From Eledone cirrhosa (Eukaryota): DNA of 64,000 nucleotides. The first letter of the stretch is position 1; each line of letters begins with the position of its first letter. The notes under the pieces are model-generated. The model was not told the origin of the DNA and ran no database searches. It was given only the letters and a program-made list of their open reading frames with translations. Below are positions 40,160-51,414 of the stretch, piece after piece. Location: contig OZ024750.1 of the NCBI GenBank assembly GCA_964016885.1, positions 24,056,001 to 24,120,000 on the forward strand, read 5' to 3'. Both the position numbers and the translations under genes were made by a program.

Positions 40160-40302
40160 GAACAACCAATTGATGATAAAGATAAAGAACTGGATGATGA
40201 TGAAGATCGACGGAACCCTGCCTATGTTCCAAGGCGAGGAGCTTTTTATGAACATGATACTCGAATCACTGAAGATGCAGAGAAGGAACAACTTAGATTG
40301 AT
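40160..40302 (+). CDS. CASC3: CASC3 exon 5, first half of the Btz/SELOR domain (LDDDEDRRNPAYVPRRGAFYEHD)
   Basis: Diagnostic Btz motif; ccttttag| acceptor and |gtgagt donor; phase 0 to 2. Confidence 0.96.
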
Positions 40303-40760
40303 GTGAGTCAAATAAGATTTTATGAAAATTACTATTTAATAAATGATAGTAATTTCACATATATTTCTCATGACAGAATTAAGCAGTTAATGATATGAAT
40401 TAATGTATAGATTTTTGATTTTAACCTAATTGCAGAAAACTAAAAGTGATTTCAATTAGTGAAATGAAATAGCTAGACTAGAAAGTAGGTATGCATCAAA
40501 GACTTGGCTCAAAAGGAGTTTAGTAACGCTTGCATAGATTTCAGGATACATTAATGGAAAAATGCAAGACTGATAAAACTTACATAGTTAAAGTAAAGAA
40601 CCTCAAAACTGGAATAAATAGCTATGATTGATTAGATATTCTTAGGGTATTGAGAATTATATTGAATTGAAAAGATTGAACATTATTTAAAGGAAACCTT
40701 TGTATGTTTATGTGATGACAAAATTAATTAATGTAGCAAAAATATGTTGGACTGGTTTAA

Positions 40761-40959
40761 CCCTTTAGCATTTAAACCGGCCTTATCTGGCCAGAATTCT
40801 CTCACCTCTTTATGTTCAAACCAGCTGCTTATGCCAATGTTAAGGTATTGTTCTCAAAATAAATAATATCTTCATAAAAAATCTTGTAGATTCGATATTA
40901 TGTTAGATAAAGCCTTTACCACAAACATACAATAGTAGAGTAATGTAAATGCTAAAGGG
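40761..40959 (+). mobile_element. piggyBac-type MITE family 1 (orientation A)
   Basis: TTAA-flanked, TIRs present. Confidence 0.9.
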
Positions 40960-40987
40960 TTAAATGAGTTTATGGTAACAAAAATAA

Positions 40988-41176
40988 ATAATTGTTTCTA
41001 CTTTTGGCACAAGGTCATCAATTACCCCAGTGCATTACTGGTACTTTATTTTATTGACGCCGTAAGGATGAAAGGCAAAGCTAACATCAGCGGGATTTGA
41101 ACTCAGACCGTAAAGGCCTGTAACTCTATGCTGCGATGCATGGCGTCCAACCCTCTACCAATACTGCCAATCCACA
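40988..41176 (-). mobile_element. Full-length SINE family 1
   Basis: Reverse complement of the 29500 copy. Confidence 0.88.
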
Positions 41177-41329
41177 ATAATCATGAATAGTCAGATTTCT
41201 AGGACAATTTTATATTGAAGTGGAAGTTCAAAAATAATTTAAAACAAGTTGACATATGAATTTCTTTGTAAATACCATTTATCTGCATTTAATTTTCTTA
41301 GTGACCTCTAGATCATAGAGTAATACTTG

Positions 41330-42070
41330 GTCAAAAGCCTTCTCTAAATCAATGAATGATAGATATAGTCGCTTACTTTTATCAAAGAACTTCTGTAGGT
41401 GTCTCACTCGGCTCGCAAGGCATTGGTGGTAACCCATCTTAGCACAGACTTCAACTGCATCTTATTGAAGCTAATTCTCATCCTAAATAGTTGTTTTAAC
41501 TTTTTTTTAATTACTTTCATAACCTGATCCATCAGGTTAATGCCTTTATAACTATTAACGATGTTGCTGCTACACCAGTCATTGGATATGACACTTTCCT
41601 GTAGTAACTAATGCCTGTCCTACTTCACTGGATATTTTAGATATCTCAGTGACTATCTCTGATGGTAGGGTCGAGCTCCTTACCCTGCTTTCATATCCTT
41701 AACTGTGTTTTTGATAATTATCAACTTCAATAGCTGGTCCCTCTGTTAGATCTACTTGGTGTAGCATCTCTTTCTCTTTTACATAGGTTTTCCATCCATA
41801 TTTGTATGCCGCTTCCTTCTTGATGTCAGTGATAACAAATGCACTGCTATTACTCCATACACATTTTTGTCTTGATTTGTACTGATATACTTCCTTGAAT
41901 TCTGGAATATTTCATGGTTTTGATCCTCTCATTTCAAACTTCTTAACTTTCAACTTTCCTTTATGCTATGCATACCAGATGTGTAGCTTCTCTTTTAACA
42001 GCCTCATATTGTTCCTTGGCTCCATTTTTTTTTTGTCCATATTTTCCAGGCTTGTCTCCTAGCTTTTATG
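41330..42070 (-). mobile_element. Decayed RTE-type LINE fragment
   Basis: Minus strand has FIDLEKAFD (ttcattgatttagagaaggcttttgac) and an upstream GIxLxD-like stretch. Confidence 0.6.
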
Positions 42071-42263
42071 ATTATCTTCTGTACTATTCCACCACTATGC
42101 TACTTTCTGTCTTGTTTAACCCTTGCTCTGACGAAAGATTTGATTTATTGCAGCAAAATTTATTTTGTAAAAACTCCCTATATCTATCTTCTCCACCTCT
42201 CTCTCTCTGTATGTGTATGTATATATAATTATATTTCTTGTTTTTTTTTCTTCTGTTTTGCAG

Positions 42264-42428
42264 ACCAAAGAAGAAACTATGGAAAGATGAAGGGAAATGG
42301 CAACATGACCGTTTTCGGGAAGATCAGCAAGCTCCAAAATCTCGTGAAGAACTGATGGTTATTTATGGCTATGATATACTTGCAAGTGATCAGCCTCCTG
42401 CAGCACCACCGAGAATGAACAAACCCCA
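42264..42428 (+). CDS. CASC3: CASC3 exon 6, second half of the Btz/SELOR domain (KLWKDEGKWQHDRFREDQQAPKSREELMVIYGYDI)
   Basis: Diagnostic WxHDxF and YGYDI motifs; ttttgcag| acceptor and |gtaag donor; phase 2 to 2. Confidence 0.96.
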
Positions 42429-42618
42429 GTAAGATGATATTCTCTTCAACATATAGAATTTAATCATTCTTGAAAAAAACGCACCTTCATTTTCTTTATA
42501 TTTAAAAATCAAATCATATTTTACTTTATTTTTTACACATTCTTAATTTTTTCTCAGTTAGGGGTCGGAGTCATGCCATTATGTGGTGAGAAGCCAAGTT
42601 TACATATTCAAAACTTTG

Positions 42619-42980
42619 TCATCATCATCATAATCGTTTAACGTTCCTTTTTCCAAACTAGCATGGGTTCAGATCAGATGACTGTCTTGCTCGTACAGAA
42701 ACATTTCTGGCTTGGTTTCTGAGGCTGGATGCTCTTTTTCATGGCATCAAAATGACGACTTTATAGTGTGGACTTAGCACTTTTGGTCATGACACCAACA
42801 CAACCACTTTACAGTGTAGAAGGGTGCTTTTTGTTGTGACACTAACATGACTACTTTACAGTGTGGAAGGGTGCTTTTTGTTGTGACACCAAAATGACCA
42901 CTTTACAGTGTGGACTGGGCACTTTTATTGTGTCACTGAAACAACTCCTTTATACTGAGAACTGGATGCGTTTTGTTTTG
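42619..42980 (-). mobile_element. SINE family 2 with internal ~45-bp tandem repeats
   Basis: (CAT)n tail and repeated accactttacagtgtgga..gtgctttttgttgtgacac units. Confidence 0.78.
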
Positions 42981-43369
42981 TCATTTCATTTTAATCATCA
43001 GTTTCCTTAAAAAAAGGCTAGCTACCAAAACTTCCTCCATTTTCTCTTTCCTTACAATGTCTTGATTTATTTTCACGTGAGAAACAATTCTCAATTATTT
43101 AAGCTTGAGTGTTTTTATTCAGCAGGCTTCTTTTCATTGGTATGACAATATATGGGGCTACCGTTACTGTTTTTAGATATTTTCTACTAAATCATTACAG
43201 GGTGTTAAAAGTTAAGATATACTCTTTAGACCTACTAACTGTTGTTTGAGTTGACATTATAATTGACAGTATAGTCAATTATAACTTGCTAGAGTATATG
43301 TTAATCAAACTACCAGTAAATGCACTTATTAATGTATTTTGATATTTTATATTTGAACATATTATTTAA

Positions 43370-43592
43370 CTCTTTAGCATTTACATTGCTCTATATTTAC
43401 TGTTGTATTTTTGTGGTAAAGGCTTACATAAGGCTTACATAATTATCTCATAATATCAAATCTGTGAGATTTTGATGTTATTTATTTTTAGAACAATACC
43501 TTAACATAAGTATTAGTGGCCAGTTACGGCCTGTTGAACAGAAAGTATTGAGAGAATTCTGGCCAAATATGGCTAGTTTAAATACTAAAGGG
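43370..43592 (-). mobile_element. piggyBac-type MITE family 1 (orientation B)
   Basis: TTAA-flanked, TIRs present. Confidence 0.88.
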
Positions 43593-43706
43593 TTAAAAAG
43601 GATGTTTCGTTGCATTAAACTAGACATTTTTGTTTGATAAAGTAAATTTATTTTATTACATGTAACTTTTGTTCTTGATAATTCTTATAAATTTGTTTTA
43701 TTCTAG

Positions 43707-45562
43707 GGTACGCAAATCTCAACAAAGGCACCAACTGCATGACTTCATAGATACAAAGTGGTCTGGACAACGGAACAGCCCTGATGTTCAGAGAAAGAAT
43801 TATCGTAATAAGAGAGGATCACGTGGAGGAACACGTGGTCGATTAGGAGATTATGAAGAAAACAGACGAGATTATTTGGAAAATAATGGGCAAGGAGAGT
43901 TTGTGGATAATAAGCGAGAATATCGTGAAATTCGACATGATTTGACTGAAAACCATTGGGAACAGCCTGAAACGAGGAAGACTTCTATTGACAATAGGGG
44001 GGATTCTGAAGAAGTTCCTCAGCAGAACTTTATAGAGAAAACATTAGAAGATGCTGAAACCAAAGAGGATATTACTGAAAAATGGCAGACCCCAATAGAC
44101 CTCAAAGAAGAGATAACTGAGAAGCCTACAGATGAAGAGTGTCATTTGAAGAAGGAATCTGTTAGTGACACAAATGAAACTACAGAGGTTAAAAAGGAAC
44201 CTGTGGAAATCAAACATGATTCTGGTGATAATAAACGTGATTCTGGTGATAATAAACGTGAATACACTGAAAATAAACGAGAATACACTGAAAATAAACG
44301 AGAACACACTGAAAATAAACGAGAACATGGTGATAATAGGCGAGATTACACTGATAATAGGCGAGATTATGGTGATAATAGGCGAGATCACGGTGATAAC
44401 AGGCGAGATTGTGGTGATAATAGGCGAGATCACGGTGATAATAGACGAGATCACATTGATAGTAGGCGAGATCACGGTGACAATAGACGAGACCATGGTG
44501 ACAATAGACGAGATTACGGTGATAATAGGCGAGACCATGGTGACAATAGACGAGACCATGGTGACAATAGACGAGACCATGGTGACAGTAGACGAGATCA
44601 TGGTAATAATAGGCGAGATCACGGTGACAATAGACGAGATTACGGTGACAGTAGGCGAGATCACGGTGACAGTAGACGAGATCACGGTGACAGTAGGCGA
44701 GATCACGGTGACAGTAGGCGAGATCACGGTGACAGTAGGCGAGATCACGGTGACAGTAGACGAGATCACGGTGACAATAGGCGAGATTACGGTGACAGTA
44801 GGCGAGATCACGGTGACAGTAGACGAGATCACGGTGACAATAGGCGAGATCACGGTGACAGTAGACGAGACTATTGCGATAATAGACGAGATTACAATGA
44901 TAGCAGGAGAAATTATGGAAACAATCGTCATGATTCAGTTGATAACCGACGTGATTTCACTGACAACAGAAAGGATTATGGCGACAGATCATACAATGGT
45001 GAAGCCAAACCTAGCCATAGCTACCGCACAAATGCTAGAACTGGTCCACAACGTCAATTTACTAACCCTAACTATAGAAATGATAGCAGTGATAATCCAA
45101 AGCTGGATTCTGAAAGCCTAACAACTTATGGATTTAGAAAGAGTCCAGAAAACAACAATAATTATAAAAGCCATGAAAATAGAGTCTATAAAACTAACTA
45201 TGAAAATGGACACAGAAACACTATTGAGAACAGACCGTACAGGAATACGGAGAGTAACAACTACTCTCATAGGAATAATTATGAAAATAAAAAGAGGACT
45301 CCTGATCGGAACTTCTCACACGAAGAAGTTCATGATACCATACCAAAACAAAAAGGTGCTGTGTTGAATAATGTTGAATTCAGTGGATCAGTTGTTACTG
45401 CCAATAATAGCATGGAAAAAAAATCTTACTCTAAGGACAGACGTATAAAAGGAATTACACGTCCACGTGTGCCAGCAGCCCCCCTTTCTGAAAATATGGA
45501 AGATACTGAACGGAATTCTTTCAATTTAGAAGCCATACCTTCGGATAACAAATCAGATTTGG
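43707..45562 (+). CDS. CASC3: CASC3 exon 7 (1856 nt, low-complexity, contains the heptad repeat)
   Basis: ttctag| acceptor in phase 2 joins exon 6; open throughout; includes RGG and KKSYSKDRR segments; |gtaaat donor in phase 1 fits exon 8. Confidence 0.88.
44212..44988 (+). repeat. Coding 21-bp tandem repeat, ~37 units encoding (R/K)R(D/E)(H/Y)(G/T)(D/E)(N/S)
   Basis: Direct reading and translation. Confidence 0.95.
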
Positions 45563-45973
45563 GTAAATTATTACTTTTGTTATATTTTATCTATTTATTT
45601 TCTTTTAATGTACAGAACAGTCATAATCATCATCGTCACTTTTACATCTGTTTTTCTTTTTCCTATGGTTGGATACCCATTCTTTATTCTATGCTGCTAG
45701 ACCTTCTTTATTGGGGTTCATGTCAAGTCACTAGATACAGTTACTTGTTTTATAAACATTTTAAAATCATTATCAAATGTCAAATTTCTCATTTCCATCA
45801 TCAGCATAGTTTTTTGTGTCTCCTTTTACTATTTTGGCATGGTATTCTACAACCAGGTGGTCGTCTTGATGCCAACCCTTATTTATTTTTATGCAGGTTA
45901 TTCCTCTTGTCTTCTTTCGTCAAACTGTGGAATATAAATAAACAGCACTGGTTATTTATATATAATCAAAATA

Positions 45974-46008
<35 letters not shown>

Positions 46009-46368
46009 GTAAAGTGATTGTTGCTTGGAAGGGCATCCAGCCATAGAAAACCTGCCAAACATAGGATTGAGAGAACTCTTCAGTTGTATCAATGCTCCAC
46101 CATGCTGATGTCTTGATAAGATGTACATTGAAGTGCAACCCCTTAGCATTCAATATATAGGATAATCTCTTAGAAGAATGACCAGTGGATATAAGTAGCA
46201 GCTTTGGCAAATTTCTAGCATACAGCCAAAGTTGTAGAAATATTTTAACCCTATATTTTAGTCCTATATGAGCGAGACACTGTTACCCGACCAAATTTGC
46301 CTGAAATGAGACAAACCCGTCTAACCCATGCTAGCGTGGAAGATGGATGTTAAATGATGATGAGATGA

Positions 46369-46554
46369 TGTATCTGGCCAGAATTCTCTCACCTCTTTCT
46401 GTTCAAACCGGCTGTAACTGGCCACTCATACTGATGTTAAGGTATTGTTCTCAAAATAAATAATATTATTCTCATAGATTTGATATTATGTGAGGTAAAT
46501 CCTTTACCATGAAAATACAATAGTAAATATAGAGTAATATAAATGCTAAAGGGG
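46369..46554 (+). mobile_element. piggyBac-type MITE family 1 (orientation A, left end lost next to a SINE tail)
   Basis: Body plus right TIR and TTAA. Confidence 0.85.
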
Positions 46555-47024
46555 TTAAAGTAGTTATATCCAATAGTAAAGTGGTGTTGCTTTTTAGATT
46601 AGCCAGAGATGGTTGAGTTCCATTTGTGAACATATCACTATTCATAGTCATCAATGTTGACAGTATAGATAAAATAAGGAGTTTTTTTATTTTTAGGATA
46701 TTTATCAAAATTTTACTCTTCACTTACAACATTTAAGAAAAAAATAGAAATAATCAAATTACTTTAGTTCAATTGACTCATACCATCCCTGTGTCTAGCA
46801 GTAACTTCTATTTTTCAACACTTTCCACCATTGCTCAATAGATATTACCCATATGAAAATATATGTTTTAGGCAGTCATAGGCAATTTCTTCCAAGCTCT
46901 CCCATTAATATATTGACAGGTTGCCTATTTTTTTTTGTATTTTGCGAACATGAACATTGTATGTTCAATCACACCTTTTATTTGGCATTTGTATCATGTT
47001 AATATATTTTTATTTGATGTATTT

Positions 47025-47289
47025 AACCTTTTTTATACCATGGACTGGCTTCATGCCAGACAATCTTTCTGCAAACTGGTAGTTGCACATGTGTTATTTA
47101 AGTGCATTTCGATAGAGAGAGCAATAATAAAATGAGCAATTTTTTTTAAGTAGTTAAATATTGAATATTTAAACAAATCTTTTAAAATTAAAGTCCAATA
47201 TTCAATTTATCTATTACATAATTTTAAACAAGTTAATTATTTCTATGTGGTCTGGTATCAGTCCGTGACCCTGTGGTTGGGTACCTCTG
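47025..47289 (-). mobile_element. hAT-type MITE, homologous to 57163-57432
   Basis: Reverse complement shares atcgaaatgcacttaaataacacat..gtgcaactac and the CAGAGGT terminus. Confidence 0.78.
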
Positions 47290-47384
47290 ATATAGATCAT
47301 GTGTCTATTGGTTTCAGTCACATAACACAGCAAGTATATAAAACTTGCAATGTTACAACATGAATGTTATAATTATTTTCTTTG

Positions 47385-47900
47385 GCTCTGTGGTTAGGCT
47401 GTTCGGCTCATGAGCATAAAGCTGTGTGTTCAGTTCCTGGTGGTGCATTGTGTCCTTGAGCAAGACACTTTATCTCCCATTGCTCCAGTCCATTCAACTA
47501 GCAAAAAGGAGTTGTACCTGTAATTAAATGGTCCAGCCTTGTCACACACTGTTTCATACTGAATCTCCCAAGAATTGTGTTAACCCTTTAGCATTCACAT
47601 TATTCTATATATACTATTATATTTTCATGGTAAATGCTTTATCTCACATAATATTGAATCTATGAGATTTTGAAAGTATTTATTTTGAGAACAATACCTT
47701 AACATCAGTTTGAGTGACTAGTTACAGCCAGTTTCAACAGAAAAAGGTAGAGAATTCTGGCCGGTTTGAACATTAAAGGGTTAAGGGTACATATGCATGT
47801 GGAATGCACAGTCACTTGCACATTAATTTTATGAGCAGGCTGTTCAATTGATCTAATTGACTAAAACACTCATCTTCAAAACTGACGGAAGTCCAACACA
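47385..47900 (+). mobile_element. tRNA-derived SINE family 3 interrupted by a MITE
   Basis: Head tggctctgtggttagg..gttcagttcc; body tgtccttgagcaagacactt..gaatctccc..TTAA..gggtac..gcaggctgttc. Confidence 0.8.
47584..47780 (-). mobile_element. piggyBac-type MITE family 1 (orientation B)
   Basis: TTAA-flanked, TIRs present. Confidence 0.88.
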
Positions 47901-48141
47901 GAAGCCAAGCAATCTAGATTTTACATAGTAATGTTTATTATTTCAAACCAGTAAAAGCTTATAAAAATAACCTACGCTAACATTTAGATTCAGATAAATC
48001 CTATAAAACATTCTAAAATAATAATTATACTATGAAATCTCTTTTAAAAAATGACATGAAAATATGATGAAACGCTTATTATAAACGAAATGCTGTGGAT
48101 TGTATTTTAGTGCTTTTTAAAGGTTTTAAATCAAACATTAA

Positions 48142-48349
48142 CCCTTTAGCATTTTAACTGGCCGTATCTGGCCAGAATTCTTTCACCTCTTTCTGTTCAA
48201 ACCAGCCATAACTGGCCACTCATACTTATGTTAAGGTATTGTTCTCAAAATAAATAACATCAAAATATCATAGATTCCATATCATGTAAGATAAAGCCTT
48301 TACCACAAAAATACAATAGTATATATAGAGTAATGTAAATAATAAAGGA
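48142..48349 (+). mobile_element. piggyBac-type MITE family 1 (orientation A)
   Basis: TTAA-flanked, TIRs present. Confidence 0.88.
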
Positions 48350-48622
48350 TTAATTTCATATCTCTCTCTCTCTATCTTTTTAATCTTGAAATTAGTAAAA
48401 CCTTATTCTAAGACCATCACATGGTGAAATATTTATTGAATACTTTATCAATGTTGGGTTGGAATTGTTGCTTATCTTATTGAATGAGCAGAGCATGTAC
48501 TAATCCTTTCACTACCATATTTCTAATGTAAAACACTGCAAATAAAAAATTTGGAATGATTTAGTAATATAATTAACTTTCCCTTTGTTAAGCTAGTGTT
48601 TGAAGCATAGCTTAACAGAGAT

Positions 48623-48900
48623 TCATCATCATCGTTTAACGTCCATTTTCCACGCTAGCATGGGTAGCACAGGCTGTCCATTTGGGAGAGATCAGGTTGG
48701 AGGACCATGTTTCGCTTGCACAGGGCTGATATTGGCTTGGTATCTACAGCTGGATGCCCTTCCTAATGCCAACCACATTTACAGTGTGTGCCGGGTGCTT
48801 TTTGTCGTGACATCTACGTGTTCACTTTGCAGCGTGGACTGGGCATTTTGTTGTTTCGCTGACACAACCACTTTACAGTGTGGGCTAAGCGCTTTTGCAT
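48623..48900 (-). mobile_element. SINE family 2
   Basis: catcatcatcgtttaacgtcc..ctacagctggatgcccttcctaatgccaacc. Confidence 0.8.
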
Positions 48901-49064
48901 ATCATAAGAAGCAATAAAAGATCCAGTTGTAAAACATTGCCTCAAAAAATCCTATCCAACCCATGCCAGCATAGAAAAGTCTACAGAAAAATGAGGATTA
49001 TATATTTAACTTTTTCAGTTTTTATAAACTATGGATGTCAATATTCTAAGGTGTTTGTTGTTAA

Positions 49065-49251
49065 CCCTTTAGTATTTACATTACTCTATTTCACATAATT
49101 ATCTCACATAATTTCGAATCTATGAGATTTTAATATTATTTATTTTGGGAACAATATCTTAACATCAGTATAAGTGGCCAGTTACTGTTGGTTTGAACAG
49201 AAAGAGGTGTGATAATTCAGGCCGAATATGGCCAGTTTAAAAGCTAAAGGG
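49065..49251 (-). mobile_element. piggyBac-type MITE family 1 (orientation B)
   Basis: TTAA-flanked, TIRs present. Confidence 0.88.
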
Positions 49252-49879
49252 TTAAATTAGATGTAAAATCAATAAAAGGAAAGGTTGGCAGATAAAACTA
49301 TATGTGCAGTTAGTATGATGTTGCATTTAGGAAAATAAATAATCTAAATGTGTTGTTAAATTAGTCTTGTATGCTCACGAAATTGTGTGCATTCACCAAC
49401 CTTGATCCTTGCATCCAACAAATTACTAACTGAGTGATGTTATTAAGTGGTTAGAGAATTCAGTGGACATGCACATGATGGGAGGGCATCCTGCCATAGA
49501 AACCAAGCCAAAAATGGAACATGTGAGACCCAGTCATCTGACCTGTCTGGTCTCAGAACATGACAACCTGTCTAACTCATACAGCTATGGAAAATAGACT
49601 GAAAATAGTGGTGATGATGTTAATGAAGCTCTTCACTATACTGATAATCTAACTTGGTTGGATTCATCATCATCATACATCTATTCGTCCATGTTTGCAA
49701 GGGTTCAGTGTTTCTCCATCATTTCCTGCATGAGGTTTGAGATCAGCTTTCACCACTTTTTCCTGTTTTCCTTTTTCATAAGTTCTTTCCACTTGGATCA
49801 CTTGAATAATGTGCATGTGTAAGTGGTTGAACCTATTGTTCCATTTTAATTTCATGCCAAAATATTTTGCTGATTGACC

Positions 49880-50075
49880 TTTGTAAAGTGGTCGTGTAGG
49901 AGACATGGCAAAAAGCACCCAGCACATACTGTAAATCTGGTTGGCATTAGGAAGGACGTCCAGCTAGAAACAGTCCTATACGAGTGAGACATGGTCACCC
50001 GACCCAACTTGCCTCTAATGGCACAAACCCGTCTAACCCATGCTAGCATGGAACATAGACATTAAATGATGAGGA
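49880..50075 (+). mobile_element. SINE family 2 fragment
   Basis: Core and tail as at 15115. Confidence 0.78.
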
Positions 50076-50286
50076 TTTTAGTTGGTTTTATAGTATAATG
50101 AGCATTTTATAGTACCGCTAACATTATAGACTGTCTACCAGGAGTAAAGTGTCCTCTCTACCCTATATCAGTTTATATTCAGAATTACTCCTCTATTTAA
50201 CAGGTCTTCACTGTAGCTTGAAGAGACCATGTTTCTTTTTGCCTTTAACAAAATATTTTCACGAATATTCAACTAATTGTTTCTAG

Positions 50287-50415
50287 GTGGTAATGCTTCC
50301 AAGACAGAAAATGTCTCTCGTCCTAAGAGATATTCAACACAGCGTCAGAGGAATGTACCAGAAGTAAATTACCCAGAGCAGATACCAGTTGAAGGAACTA
50401 CATACTATAGCCCTA
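50287..50415 (+). CDS. CASC3: CASC3 exon 8 (GNASKTENVSRPKRYSTQRQRNVPE...)
   Basis: Conserved KRYS(S/T)QRQR motif; tttctag| acceptor and |gtaagt donor; phase 1 to 1. Confidence 0.92.
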
Positions 50416-51313
50416 GTAAGTGTTTAACAAAAAGTCTCATTATAATATTCTTTAATGTCCCATTGTTTGTCTCTGAAAACAAGTAATGCCAGTATTCTAA
50501 ATAGTTTTAAACTAAAAGAAATTGTTTGTTTGAGAATTTTTAGTTTTATGCTTGTAGACATAGTATATGCTGGCTTTTAAGCAAATAACTTAGATAAAAA
50601 ATCTTTTGACATACATTATTGTTCTAATGAGAGTTGTATTCTTTACTTGTGTGAGAACTTTTCATTTCAAATCTGTAAACTCATCAATATTCTGTTTACT
50701 GAGCAGCTGTGAGGTTCTTTACATTTAATTTAGCTCCAGTTACTAAAGAACATTTTGTTCTCTTCCCAACTTGTAATACCAATTGTGAGATAGAAGCTTA
50801 TGATTTCACACCTGACAAACCACCACATAAGCCTTTGCATTTCAATATATTTTATTATATATTCATATAAAACAGTTTGTGTGTGCATATGTATATATAA
50901 TGTATACACCACACACACATCCATGTACCCCGCCACTTCTCCTCTGCAGTGAAGTATAACATTTTAACAATCACCAAAACACTATTGTTCTGAACCAAAT
51001 ATTCTTTAGGTGGATGAAGTGGAATCCATCTCAACTCTATTTTCACCATATGACTCATGATAGATTCTAAGAATATGGCCAAACTAATCCAAGTCCAATT
51101 CCTTATAGAGTGGTAGTAAGAAACTCTCAGGAGAGCAGAAGGTCTTCAGAGAAAAAAACCCTCCCTCAAGCAAGTGTTTCGGCCCTTAACTTCTTTGGCC
51201 AGCAAATGTAACAACCATTATCAAAAATGTCCTCTTCGATAACTTTTGAGTATTTCAAACAAGAGTGGTGTTGGTATAATATTAGTGTTGTATAGTCATA
51301 TCTTTGTCCTTAA

Positions 51314-51414
51314 TCTTTAGCGCGCTAGAAGTTTTTATGAATTGCTTCCCTTGACTCTGCATTATGTATTAAGGGGAGATTACTCGACATAAGGCGCCTA
51401 GAGCGTGTTAAAGA
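51314..51414 (+). mobile_element. TTAA-flanked MITE family 2
   Basis: TTAA|TCTTTAGCGCGC...GCGTGTTAAAGA|TTAA; homologous to 60633-60740. Confidence 0.7.

Noticed and set aside
44044-45121. 295-aa antisense and 318-aa +1-frame ORFs of V/I/T repeats
   Set aside because: Shadows of the 21-bp repeat, with no independent start or splice evidence.
45563-46017. Hydrophobic C-terminal tail of the 782-aa ORF
   Set aside because: Read-through into the intron after the GT donor at 45563; composition changes abruptly and it runs into a microsatellite.
50204-50286. Upstream alternative acceptor (taacag|gt) for exon 8
   Set aside because: Leads to an in-frame TAG at 50284-50286 and has no other support.
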